DNA from: a candidate division WOR-3 bacterium
GTDB lineage: Bacteria; Hydrothermota; Hydrothermia; Hydrothermales; JAJRUZ01
Length of the DNA: 64,000 nucleotides
NCBI GenBank assembly: GCA_024277525.1
Contig: JAJRUZ010000035.1
Location: 1,930 to 65,929, forward strand
Direction of reading: 5' to 3'
In this document: positions 1-8,854 of the stretch, piece by piece
Layout: every line of letters begins with the position of its first letter
How positions within the stretch are numbered: the stretch's first letter is position 1
Notes under the pieces: model-generated
The model's input: only the letters and a program-made list of their open reading frames with translations
What the model was told of the DNA's origin: nothing
Database searches by the model: none
Translations under genes and position numbers: made by a program

Positions 1-624
1 TAAGGCAGGAAATATGAATAACTCATTTTTAAATGCCTCCATAAAGCTCAATTCTAATATGAATTCTGATTTTTCTCCTATTAAAAATTTGTGTCCTACG
101 GACATTCCATACCAGAGAAATATATCCTGTATCCATGGTGAATTATTTTTTTTAGAATAGGAATACCAGTTAATAACCCTACAGGCAACATAAAATCTTT
201 CACCCCCTAAAATTAAAGAAGGTGAAAAGGAATAGGTTAACAATTTCTGCTCCCCGATAATCACATATTCCTCTCCTACCATTCCGTAACCCAAGGAAGA
301 TGCAAAATCAAAGGAGACATAAGGCGGATTATCACTGAATTGATGTTTTAAATCTATTTGTAACCCACACCAATATGGAAAATTAGAAATAAAGGGGTCA
401 AAAATTTTTATACCGAAATCCGTATTTAACCCAAGACCGTATCTGTAAGCAATGAACCACTCAGCAAAGGGAATATAATAAAAGAAAGTTATTCCTGCAT
501 CAATTTTTGATTTGCCTTTATCTATTACTTTCGGACTCTGCAAAAGGGAGATAGGAATACAATTTTGAATAAAAATAAAAAATAAAAAAGGGTTAATAAT
601 AAATTTCAAATAAAAATCTTTCAT
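1..624 (-). CDS. hypothetical exported / beta-barrel-like protein, 3' end cut by the window edge
   Basis: My own minus-strand translation. ATG at 622-624 (MKDFYLKFIINPFLFFIFIQNC...) stays open to base 1. Hydrophobic N-terminus, then alternating aromatic/Gly strands. Absent from the ORF track because it runs off the window. Confidence 0.45.
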   Translation of the reverse strand, partial: MKDFYLKFIINPFLFFIFIQNCIPISLLQSPKVIDKGKSKIDAGITFFYYIPFAEWFIAYRYGLGLNTDFGIKIFDPFISNFPYWCGLQIDLKHQFSDNPPYVSFDFASSLGYGMVGEEYVIIGEQKLLTYSFSPSLILGGERFYVACRVINWYSYSKKNNSPWIQDIFLWYGMSVGHKFLIGEKSEFILELSFMEAFKNELFIFPAL

Positions 625-633
625 ATTTTTGTA

Positions 634-3342
634 TTATTTAATTACCATAAATTTCCTTTTTAAAATATTTTTATTTCCATCATCAATCTTTATGAAATAA
701 ATTCCGTTTTTTAAACTCAAATCAATCTTTTTATAGCCTTTTTTAATAATCCTTTTTAAAACATTTCTTCCTGTTATATCATATATAAGCAATTTTATGT
801 CAAAAGGAGTTTTAACCTTTATGCTTCTCGGTTCAAATTTAATTTTTAATTTTTTATCATTAAAAACAAATTCCTTTACATCCAAGACTCTCTGAAGTAT
901 TTTAAAAGAAATTATTTTATTTAAATTTTTATCAGCAAAGAAAAGGGTGTCAGGATAAATTGTGTCCCCTTCTGTTACACTCGGATTCCCGCCTTCTGTT
1001 GAAAACTGAATGAGAAATATTGTGTCATTTATAAGTTCGGTTCTCGTAATTTCTCCTGAACCGGAAAGCCACGAATGGGAAGAAGAAAGCACAAGAGCAC
1101 TATCTATATTTGTCTCATTTATTTCTTTCAAAAGCACAACAGGCTCGGAGAATTTTATTATCACATGGTCAAAGGATGAATTGGGACTCGGTGAGAGAGG
1201 GGGATAATCATAAAAAATAGCACTTTCAATATAAGGTTTTTCATAATCAAGTGAACCTTCTGATCTTACTTTACCTTCTGCTATTTTATTTCTCCAGAGG
1301 TCCTCTATCGGATTTGCTGGGCTTACATAGACAGTGTCCCCTCTTTTAATAGGTTCTTCTCCCGAACCGTTAAACAGCACCAATAAAGTATCCTGAGATT
1401 TCCACTCGGTTTGAAGTGTATATCCTGAATTGAGCCAGGAACCGTTTTGAAGAGGAAACCACACATCTAAGGATTCCGGGTAAATAAATGGGGTATCCGT
1501 TTTTTCGGAAAAAATCATATATACCGTATCACCGATATTTGCTCCGTTATCAAAGAAACTTCCATCCGAGAGATAAACTTTTTTAAGTTTCGGTGGTATT
1601 ATGTCATCATAGGAACCCGTAATTATGCTCTGCGACAAAGTAGAATTACCGTAAATATCTTTTATGAATTTCTTTATTATTTTTAATGTATCTTCGGGAA
1701 CAGGAGGGGATAAAGAATTGTATAAAAATATTACAAGAGTATCATCGCTTATCCATTTTGCAGAATCCGCTCCTGCCAGGGTATTGCCTCCGGAAACATA
1801 AAACAGAGTATCTATTCCATTAACATCTATAAAGGGCTTATTTGTATTTTCATTAAAAACAATTACAAGCCTGTCATCAGAATCAATTCCGTTTTGTGAA
1901 AATTCTCCGTCGCTTATAAAACATTCCGAGATTAAAGGACCCGTAGTGTCCAGGTCATAGGTAAAATAAACTCTATCAACAAATGGTGTTTTTCCTACGG
2001 AGGTTCTGGAGATAATTATTCTGTATTGAAAATATCTCATTTTGGGATCTAAGTGAGTAATTGGGCTTCCATTTGAAGAATAGGGAATAAATTCCCATGA
2101 TAAAGCAGTACTCATATCGGGAAGTGTGTCTCCTCTTATTTGAATTTTTATATACCAAAGGTCAGTCCCTCTGATATATACTTTTTTAAAAAAGGTGGCA
2201 CCTTCATCCTTACCCCGTGAATCAAAAATTGAGGAAACAAGGTATCCATATGAAGGATAATTTGCTTTATAAATTTGTGCACCGCCAAGTGTACCACCCA
2301 AAAGTTCATAGTTATCTGTCTGAAAAATTGAAAAAGCATTTGGCACAGACCCCAGAGTATCCCATTTTATTCTGTCTGCTGTTCTGTAAACACCTTGCGA
2401 TGTTGCTCCGTATATATTTTCATCTTTTCCCATTGTAAGAGCATTGAATAAATTGGAATTATCAATATATATACTATCTATGAGGGCAAGCGAATTTGCT
2501 GGAAAATTAAATCTCCAGATAAAAGATTGTGTGGTGCTTGTATAGGGTACAAAGAGAATACCGGACAAAGTATCAAATAAAGGATGACCTATCAATACAT
2601 TTTTAAAAGTGCCAAAAAAATTAACCCAGCTTGTTCTTATATAAGGTGTTTTGGTGTAAAAAACACTCTCGCCACTGGTTTTAATTATTCCGATTGCGAC
2701 AGTATCCATACCATTATTAAAATAGGAAAAAATTAAATCTTTAAGATTTGCCGCCCAAACTACATAGAGGTAAGAAATCGAAGAAAAATCCGGATTAAGG
2801 GAATAATAAAGTTGTGATGCTGTAGCATCTGCACATAAATTAAAGAAATTTTTATAAAAGAAAATTTTATTAATTTCTTTCGGGGCAGGAGAAATAATTC
2901 TCTGATAAAATTTCTGTCCGTTATTTTGAGAAATCAATAAAATATAAGAAGTAGATGTCTTCCCCCCCAAATACCACCAGTTTTGAAATCTGAAAAAATC
3001 ATTATAGGATAAAACAGAAAAAGAGGATAAAGGCGCGAAGATTTGAGGGTCTCCCAAATCCACCGATATATACACTTTACCCGGGAAAGATTTTAAAATA
3101 AAAATGCTGTCGCTCCCCACTCTTTCAATTTGTGTTATCCTTGAAACAGAATCAGCTGCACTTTCCTTTAAATCCCATAATAAGGAAAAGCCCGAATATT
3201 TTAAACTCAGAGTTCCGCGCGGCTTATAAATATCAATATTTTCTTCTTCATAAAATTTCGTGGTATCTGTATAACTTATTTGTCCTCCACCTCCTGTCCA
3301 TGTTGATTGAGACCATATAAGGCTGAATAATAAAAGTAGCAT
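634..3342 (-). CDS. large secreted protein with three tandem Ig-like modules and a T9SS-type C-terminal sorting domain
   Basis: 902 aa with a short signal-like N-terminus. Three ~115-aa repeats (..SDG.F..NG..D.v.i.FsE.t..PfI..). C-terminal tail ..KNGIYFIKIDDGNKNILKRKFMVIK is typical of Por/T9SS CTDs. Confidence 0.6.
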   Translation of the reverse strand: MLLLLFSLIWSQSTWTGGGGQISYTDTTKFYEEENIDIYKPRGTLSLKYSGFSLLWDLKESAADSVSRITQIERVGSDSIFILKSFPGKVYISVDLGDPQIFAPLSSFSVLSYNDFFRFQNWWYLGGKTSTSYILLISQNNGQKFYQRIISPAPKEINKIFFYKNFFNLCADATASQLYYSLNPDFSSISYLYVVWAANLKDLIFSYFNNGMDTVAIGIIKTSGESVFYTKTPYIRTSWVNFFGTFKNVLIGHPLFDTLSGILFVPYTSTTQSFIWRFNFPANSLALIDSIYIDNSNLFNALTMGKDENIYGATSQGVYRTADRIKWDTLGSVPNAFSIFQTDNYELLGGTLGGAQIYKANYPSYGYLVSSIFDSRGKDEGATFFKKVYIRGTDLWYIKIQIRGDTLPDMSTALSWEFIPYSSNGSPITHLDPKMRYFQYRIIISRTSVGKTPFVDRVYFTYDLDTTGPLISECFISDGEFSQNGIDSDDRLVIVFNENTNKPFIDVNGIDTLFYVSGGNTLAGADSAKWISDDTLVIFLYNSLSPPVPEDTLKIIKKFIKDIYGNSTLSQSIITGSYDDIIPPKLKKVYLSDGSFFDNGANIGDTVYMIFSEKTDTPFIYPESLDVWFPLQNGSWLNSGYTLQTEWKSQDTLLVLFNGSGEEPIKRGDTVYVSPANPIEDLWRNKIAEGKVRSEGSLDYEKPYIESAIFYDYPPLSPSPNSSFDHVIIKFSEPVVLLKEINETNIDSALVLSSSHSWLSGSGEITRTELINDTIFLIQFSTEGGNPSVTEGDTIYPDTLFFADKNLNKIISFKILQRVLDVKEFVFNDKKLKIKFEPRSIKVKTPFDIKLLIYDITGRNVLKRIIKKGYKKIDLSLKNGIYFIKIDDGNKNILKRKFMVIK

Positions 3343-3381
3343 TATTTAAATTTTAATAAGAAAAAAATTTTATTTCAAATA

Positions 3382-3723
3382 TTAATATTTTTTGAAAATC
3401 TCTTTAAGTTTCTCGAAAGTCACCGGCTTTTCAATTACCGGAACTTCTCGCGGAAGGTCCGTATCCGGACTCCCGGTTACAAAGAATGTTTTCCTTGACA
3501 ATTCGGGATATTCTTTTCTCAGAAACTCAAAAATTTCCTTTCCGCTTTTTTCAGGCATCATAACATCAAGAAGAACAAAATCAGGAGGGGATTTCTCTAA
3601 GGTCTCTTTGAATAATTTAAATTGAGAGAAGACCCTCACTTCAAAACCTAACTTTTCAAGCATTTTGGACACCGCCTCTCTCACAAAAGAATCATCGTCT
3701 AAATAATAAATTCTTTTTTGCAT
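3382..3723 (-). CDS. stand-alone response regulator receiver (CheY-like REC) protein
   Basis: 113 aa. Has the DD pair (YYLDDD), phospho-acceptor context FVLLDVMMP and a conserved K region (EKPVTFEKL). No output domain. Confidence 0.8.
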   Translation of the reverse strand: MQKRIYYLDDDSFVREAVSKMLEKLGFEVRVFSQFKLFKETLEKSPPDFVLLDVMMPEKSGKEIFEFLRKEYPELSRKTFFVTGSPDTDLPREVPVIEKPVTFEKLKEIFKKY

Positions 3724-3728
3724 ATCAA

Positions 3729-3757
3729 ATTATAATAAATATTTTTTTAAAAATCAA
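3729..3757 (-). promoter_or_regulatory. sigma70-type promoter (TTGATT-17 nt-TATAAT) ending 5 nt before the REC gene ATG; possible leaderless mRNA
   Basis: Minus strand reads TTGATTtttaaaaaaatatttatTATAATttgatATG. No Shine-Dalgarno sequence between the -10 box and the ATG. Confidence 0.45.
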
Positions 3758-3778
3758 ATTTTTTAATTTTTAAACTGT

Positions 3779-3814
3779 AAAAAAAATTGACACCTCCCTT
3801 TGAAGGGAGGTGTC
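3779..3814 (-). terminator. intrinsic terminator after the small peptide gene
   Basis: Perfect 12-bp GC-rich inverted repeat GACACCTCCCTT/AAGGGAGGTGTC with a 2-nt loop, followed on the minus strand by AATTTTTTTT. Confidence 0.75.
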
Positions 3815-3846
3815 TGATGATATTTTTTATAAGGATATAAATTAAA

Positions 3847-4008
3847 TCAACCTAACGGATCAGGAGGGGGAAGAATCGGACCGGAGTCTGGTTCTACACC
3901 ATCGCAAACTACTATTCCTTTTGCGCTTGCTTTTTTTACTACATTTATATGCATCACTCCTGCGAATATCAACCCTACCAGGGCGATCAGGGCTATTAAT
4001 TTTTTCAT
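3847..4008 (-). CDS. small (53 aa) secreted or membrane-anchored Pro-rich peptide
   Basis: MKKLIALIALVGLIFAGVMHINVVKKASAKGIVVCDGVEPDSGPILPPPDPLG. AAGGAGG lies 7 nt before the ATG at 4008; the ORF-track start at 4062 has no RBS. Own promoter-like site and own terminator. Confidence 0.55.
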   Translation of the reverse strand: MKKLIALIALVGLIFAGVMHINVVKKASAKGIVVCDGVEPDSGPILPPPDPLG

Positions 4009-4030
4009 TTTAAACCTCCTTTTTAAATTA

Positions 4031-4045
4031 TCGGATTTGAACCGA
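4031..4045 (-). promoter_or_regulatory. T-arm-like leader hairpin, copy h (TCGG-TTCAAAT-CCGA)
   Basis: Coding-strand TCGGTTCAAATCCGA, 22 nt upstream of the ATG at 4008. Confidence 0.6.
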
Positions 4046-4058
4046 GATGATATATTTT

Positions 4059-4073
4059 TCAAAAATTATGCCA
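4059..4073 (-). promoter_or_regulatory. candidate sigma54 (-24/-12) promoter TGGCAT-N5-TTGA
   Basis: Minus strand reads TGGCATAATTTTTGA. GG and TTG have the canonical spacing, but the -12 element reads GA instead of GC. Sits immediately downstream of a sigma54-activator gene. Confidence 0.35.
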
Positions 4074-4123
4074 GATTTTTTTAAAAGAAGAATTTAATTG
4101 ATTTACAGAAAGATTTTAAATTT

Positions 4124-7100
4124 TTAAATTTTTTTTAAGAGACCATACTTTTTAAGTTTTTGAATCAAAGTCTGACGGGAAATATTTAATATTTTGGCGG
4201 TCTCGGTTTTATTCCAATTTGTCTTCTCTAAGACTTTTAAAATATATTTTTTCTCCATTTCTTCAAGCGGTAAAATTTTTTCTTTATCTTTCATACTTTT
4301 TCTTATCTCTTCCGGAAAATGCTCGGGACCTATTGCCTCACCGGGTTTTGAATTTAAAATTGCAAACTCAAGAGCAAATTTTAGTTCCCTTACATTTCCG
4401 GGCCAAGAATAATTATACAAATACTTCCATGTCTCATGTTTTATTCTTATCTTTTCTTTTATATTATGTTTCTTTATTATTTCTTTAAGAAAATGTGTAA
4501 TTAAAACAGGAATGTCATCTATTCTTTCCCTTAAAGGAGGGATATAAAAATAATAGCCTTTCAATCTGTAATAGAGGTCCTTTCTCAAAATTCCCTGTTT
4601 CACTTTCTCTTCAACATCGGGTAAAGCAGTTGCTATGACCATAACATCCACACTTTTTTCCCTTGTTGTGCCTAAGGGTCTTATCTTTCCTGTATCCAAG
4701 AACCTCAACAATTTCTCCTGAACAGGCGGAGGAATTGATTCCACATTTTCAAGAACAAGTGTTCCGTTGTCCGCTTGCTCAATCAAACCTGTTTTATCCT
4801 CATATGCACCTGTAAAAGCACCCTTTTTATACCCGAAAAGTTCACTCTCTGCGAGTGTTAAAGGAAATTCATTAAAAGAAAAAAATACAATCGGGTTGTT
4901 TTTCCTCAAACTTAATCTGTGAATCGTATCTGCAAGTAAAGTCTTCCCTGTGCCTGTCTCTCCCACTATTAAAATCGGTAAAGGCTTTTCAAGTTTTCTG
5001 ATTTTATCAATAAAGACAGTAATCCTGTTAATAAATTCCCTTGTCCCCACTATTTCTCCTATCCTTTCTATTTCCTTTAATTTTTGCTCCAACATCCTCT
5101 TCTCTTCTTCTATTTTTTCTTTTTCTTCTTTTATTTTATCAAAAAGAAGATTCCTCTGATAAGAAATTGTAAAAACATCAGCCATTATTCTTACAAGTTC
5201 CATATCCTCCTCTGTAAATTCCCTCTTTTTTCGTGAATCAAGATAAATTGCTCCGAAAGGTTTTCCTTCATAGAAAAGAGGAAGGCATAATATTGACCTT
5301 ATTCTGAACCTCCTTATGCTTTCCCTGTTTTTTAATTCAGGATGTGAAAATGTATCAGGTACAAAGAAATGGGTTCCCTTTTTTGAAGCAGAATATAATG
5401 AACTTTTGGATATATCAATTAACTCAATATTTATTTTCTTCTTGTACATTCTGTAAGTGCCTTTTACTTCGTATACATCTTTTTCGTCATCCTTTTTAAT
5501 TACTATCATTCCCCTTTCGCTGTTTGTTGCATTAGCAAGTATTTCAATTGTTCTATTAAAGAACTCCGTTTCCTCATGGTATTTTGAAGCATAAATAAGG
5601 TAATTTCTGAATATTTCCCATTTTGCATGACTCCTGATAATTGAAATGGAAGTTATTTTTAAAATTTCTTTCCTTATCTCTTCCAACTCGTGCTTCAAAA
5701 ACTTATCCTCTTCCCCCTCTATCATTTCATTTAAAAATTTCTCAAATTTTGTAATAATGCCGGAACTTAAAATTTTCTGCTTATTCTCATAAGCCAACAA
5801 AACATTAAAGAAGATAATTAAAAATTTTTTAAAATCTTTATTTGTTTTTAGTTCATCAGCTTTTTTAAGAAATCCGTCAAACCGGGTAAAGGCATTAACT
5901 ATGTGGTCGGATATAAGGTCATGAAAGGAATCAACAAAAATTTCAAATATGTCTGCAATGGGTAGAGAAAGTTTTATTCTTCTTATCTTCATCTTATACT
6001 TTTTATTCGGGGTCCGGTGCTCAACAAGGTCAATAAAGTAAAGTAAAAGTAAAAATAATTTCTGTTTCTGAATGTTATCCGTTTTTTCATAATGATCTAA
6101 AAGTGTTTGGGAATATTTTTTTATTTTGTTCAAATCTTTTATAATTGAATTAAAGAAAAGTAAGTCTTCAATTGTATTTATCTTTAAATAAAAAGGAAGG
6201 AACTTCTCTTTAACCTTTTCAAAATTTAACAACAATTCTTTAAATTTTTTATTATCTCCTTTTATTCTTACATAACGAATATACTCACTCATTATTTCTA
6301 TCAATTTCTCATTTAATTTTAATTTTTCACAAAGTTCAATTGCTCTCTTGTAATTATCTTCCGGGCTTTCACCGCTTAATTCTTTAAATTTTCCCTCAAG
6401 AAATTCTATATAAGGCTCAATGAAAGGAACGGGGTAACTTTTATGAATTGCCTTTATTTTCATCAATGCATTCTTAGCAGTTTCAATTGAATCTTTGTCA
6501 AGAAAATAATAAATTCTGATAAATTCGGTTAAAATATAGGGATAAGGGAAAATTTTTATATGCTTCAGAAACTCACTAATTCTTCGGGTTAAACGAATTG
6601 CCCTTTTCTTTTTGCCGATATTATATAAGAATTCAATATAATAAGCTAAATATTTATAGCTTTTTTCTGTTTCTCCCTCTTTTTTTGCCTTAAACAGACT
6701 TTTTCTGTAATCTATCTCCGCTTGTGCAAAATCTCCTTCAAACTCCTCTAATTTTGCTTTTACAAAATAAAACTGAGAGAGTTCCTCCGATGTGGCTTTC
6801 TTTTCGTACTTTTTAGCAAAAGTATGAAGAGTATTTTTTAATTTTTTTATATCATAAGTATTAAGCAGATAAAAACATTTTGAAAGCAAACCCCTTTTTG
6901 TATTCAATTTATCTATCACATTTACCGCTTTTTCGTATTCGCCTTTAAAATGATAATATAGTGATTTCCCTATTAAATATTTTTCTTTATTTTTCTTTTT
7001 CAATACATTTAATACCTCACTCACATTTTTCTCGTCCTTTTTAAAAGTATAATATATAAGCAGTTTCTCAAGTACATCAGAAGGTATTTTTTTGAGATCC

Positions 7101-8854
7101 GGTTTTTTCAAATTTTCAAAAAATGTGAATATATAAACCTGATTTTTTGTGTATATTTCTTCTATTTCTTCATTAAAATCTTTTGCAACCTCATACTTTC
7201 CGAGATTATATGCAGAAAGGTAAAATAAAAGTCTTCCTTCAAGGGATAATTTTTTTATATCTTTGAGATTCTTTAAAATCTTCTCAAATGTTCCTTTTCT
7301 CGATTCAAATTCAATCTCGGATAAAGGCACATACCCACCCCCTATTCTTTCAATAACTCTTCTATCGAGCAAACTTTTTATATTCCTTTCCCCGAATATT
7401 CTTTTTGTTTCAAATGTATTCAACTGTCCGAAGATGTTTAAAACATAAAGCACCTCTTTTTCTTCTTTTTTTAATCTTACTTCTGCTTTTGTAATTTTAT
7501 CAATCTCCCCTTTCTCCGAAAATTCTTTTATAAGTGTAAATACTTTTTTAAGGTCTCCTTTATTTTTTAAGACTGTTCTTTCAAATAATTTTTCTTTCCC
7601 GTATATACCGGTATTGTTCTCAATATATTGAACGATTTTTTCGGTATCAGGATCCGGGAATTCAATCACTTTACCCTTTAAATCAAAATCATAAGGAATT
7701 TCAATAACAACAGGAAATTTCCTTATTTTTTCCACCTCATATAAGGCGTTCAGGAAATTAATGAAAGTCTTTTTATGCAACGGAGGATCGGTCAAAATGA
7801 TGAAATAGGTTAAATCTGATTTTAAGTTTAATAAATGGGTAATCAAAAATGGATACAGATTTTCCTCTTTCAGGTTCAGATACGGTAATTTACCTTTATC
7901 TATTAAAAGACCGTTAAAATTTTCTTTAAGCTGAGTATAAATATTTCTTAAAATAAAACTTTTTCCTGTTCCTTTTTGCCCTTTGACAAGAAATATCCCT
8001 CCTTTCCTTTTGGAAATGTTTTCTTTTATTTTATTTTTTAAGTCTTTAAAAAATTGTTGATTTAAAATTTCTAAATCATTAAAATAAGTTCTTTTTTCGG
8101 AGAAAATTTTTTCTAATATCTCGGTCGCAGAAAGTCTTTTTTGAGGATCAGGATTAAGAATAAGGTCAAACAAGTTAATCCAGAAATCATCCTTGACCCT
8201 GTTTTTCCACTTTTTTTTATTTATAAAATCTTTCAAGCTCTCATAAGTCCTGAAACTTATTTCTTCTCCCGTAACCAATTCGTAAAGTACAATTCCTGCT
8301 GAAAACATATCCGATTTGTGCGTCGGAGATTCACCCGAAAGCACCTCAGGGGCACAATAGGGAATGGAACCTCTCGGAATTTTTTTCTCCGTAAAGGAGG
8401 CAAATCCGAAATCACTCAATACAGGATAAAATGACTTTTTGTGGGTGAAGAGGATGTTCTCCGGTTTTATGTCCGCATGAATAACACCGTTCTTTTCCAA
8501 ATAGGAAAGAATATCAAATAAATCTATCGCAAATTTTTTAAAGTCAAATTTCTCCTTCTCCTTTATTCTTTCCTTTAAATTTCCTCCGTTTAAATATTCA
8601 AGAACAAGAAAAGACTTCCATTGTGGATAAAAAAAGAAATCAAAGCTTTTTAAAATACCGGAATGATTCAATAAGGATAGGAAATAGAATTCATTATAAA
8701 GTTCTTTATGATTCTTATATTTTGTCTCTTTAAGAACAATATAATTCCCCGAAGGTTCTTTTAAAAGTGAAAGGGTATAATCTTTTGTTTTTCTTAGATC
8801 TTTTTCTTTTGTTAATATTGCATGTATCTCATATGTCCAGGCTCTCTTTTTCAT
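4124..8854 (-). CDS. multidomain regulator: Ser/Thr protein kinase, P-loop NTPase, helical (TPR-like) repeats, GAF, sigma54-interaction AAA+ domain and Fis-type HTH
   Basis: 1576 aa. Kinase motifs HADIKPENIL, DFG, APE. P-loop GQKGTGKS at about aa 292. GAF-like region at about aa 1075-1235. Enhancer-binding-protein (EBP) motifs GETGTGKT (nt 4940-4963), GAFTGA (nt 4805-4822) and WPGNVREL. C-terminal NISRQTLIQKLKKYGL. Confidence 0.85.
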   Translation of the reverse strand: MKKRAWTYEIHAILTKEKDLRKTKDYTLSLLKEPSGNYIVLKETKYKNHKELYNEFYFLSLLNHSGILKSFDFFFYPQWKSFLVLEYLNGGNLKERIKEKEKFDFKKFAIDLFDILSYLEKNGVIHADIKPENILFTHKKSFYPVLSDFGFASFTEKKIPRGSIPYCAPEVLSGESPTHKSDMFSAGIVLYELVTGEEISFRTYESLKDFINKKKWKNRVKDDFWINLFDLILNPDPQKRLSATEILEKIFSEKRTYFNDLEILNQQFFKDLKNKIKENISKRKGGIFLVKGQKGTGKSFILRNIYTQLKENFNGLLIDKGKLPYLNLKEENLYPFLITHLLNLKSDLTYFIILTDPPLHKKTFINFLNALYEVEKIRKFPVVIEIPYDFDLKGKVIEFPDPDTEKIVQYIENNTGIYGKEKLFERTVLKNKGDLKKVFTLIKEFSEKGEIDKITKAEVRLKKEEKEVLYVLNIFGQLNTFETKRIFGERNIKSLLDRRVIERIGGGYVPLSEIEFESRKGTFEKILKNLKDIKKLSLEGRLLFYLSAYNLGKYEVAKDFNEEIEEIYTKNQVYIFTFFENLKKPDLKKIPSDVLEKLLIYYTFKKDEKNVSEVLNVLKKKNKEKYLIGKSLYYHFKGEYEKAVNVIDKLNTKRGLLSKCFYLLNTYDIKKLKNTLHTFAKKYEKKATSEELSQFYFVKAKLEEFEGDFAQAEIDYRKSLFKAKKEGETEKSYKYLAYYIEFLYNIGKKKRAIRLTRRISEFLKHIKIFPYPYILTEFIRIYYFLDKDSIETAKNALMKIKAIHKSYPVPFIEPYIEFLEGKFKELSGESPEDNYKRAIELCEKLKLNEKLIEIMSEYIRYVRIKGDNKKFKELLLNFEKVKEKFLPFYLKINTIEDLLFFNSIIKDLNKIKKYSQTLLDHYEKTDNIQKQKLFLLLLYFIDLVEHRTPNKKYKMKIRRIKLSLPIADIFEIFVDSFHDLISDHIVNAFTRFDGFLKKADELKTNKDFKKFLIIFFNVLLAYENKQKILSSGIITKFEKFLNEMIEGEEDKFLKHELEEIRKEILKITSISIIRSHAKWEIFRNYLIYASKYHEETEFFNRTIEILANATNSERGMIVIKKDDEKDVYEVKGTYRMYKKKINIELIDISKSSLYSASKKGTHFFVPDTFSHPELKNRESIRRFRIRSILCLPLFYEGKPFGAIYLDSRKKREFTEEDMELVRIMADVFTISYQRNLLFDKIKEEKEKIEEEKRMLEQKLKEIERIGEIVGTREFINRITVFIDKIRKLEKPLPILIVGETGTGKTLLADTIHRLSLRKNNPIVFFSFNEFPLTLAESELFGYKKGAFTGAYEDKTGLIEQADNGTLVLENVESIPPPVQEKLLRFLDTGKIRPLGTTREKSVDVMVIATALPDVEEKVKQGILRKDLYYRLKGYYFYIPPLRERIDDIPVLITHFLKEIIKKHNIKEKIRIKHETWKYLYNYSWPGNVRELKFALEFAILNSKPGEAIGPEHFPEEIRKSMKDKEKILPLEEMEKKYILKVLEKTNWNKTETAKILNISRQTLIQKLKKYGLLKKI

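Noticed and set aside
3847-4062. Long (71-aa) version of the small peptide ORF
   Set aside because: The upstream start has no RBS and would run through the T-arm-like hairpin. The ATG at 4008 follows AAGGAGG by 7 nt, so the 53-aa form is preferred.
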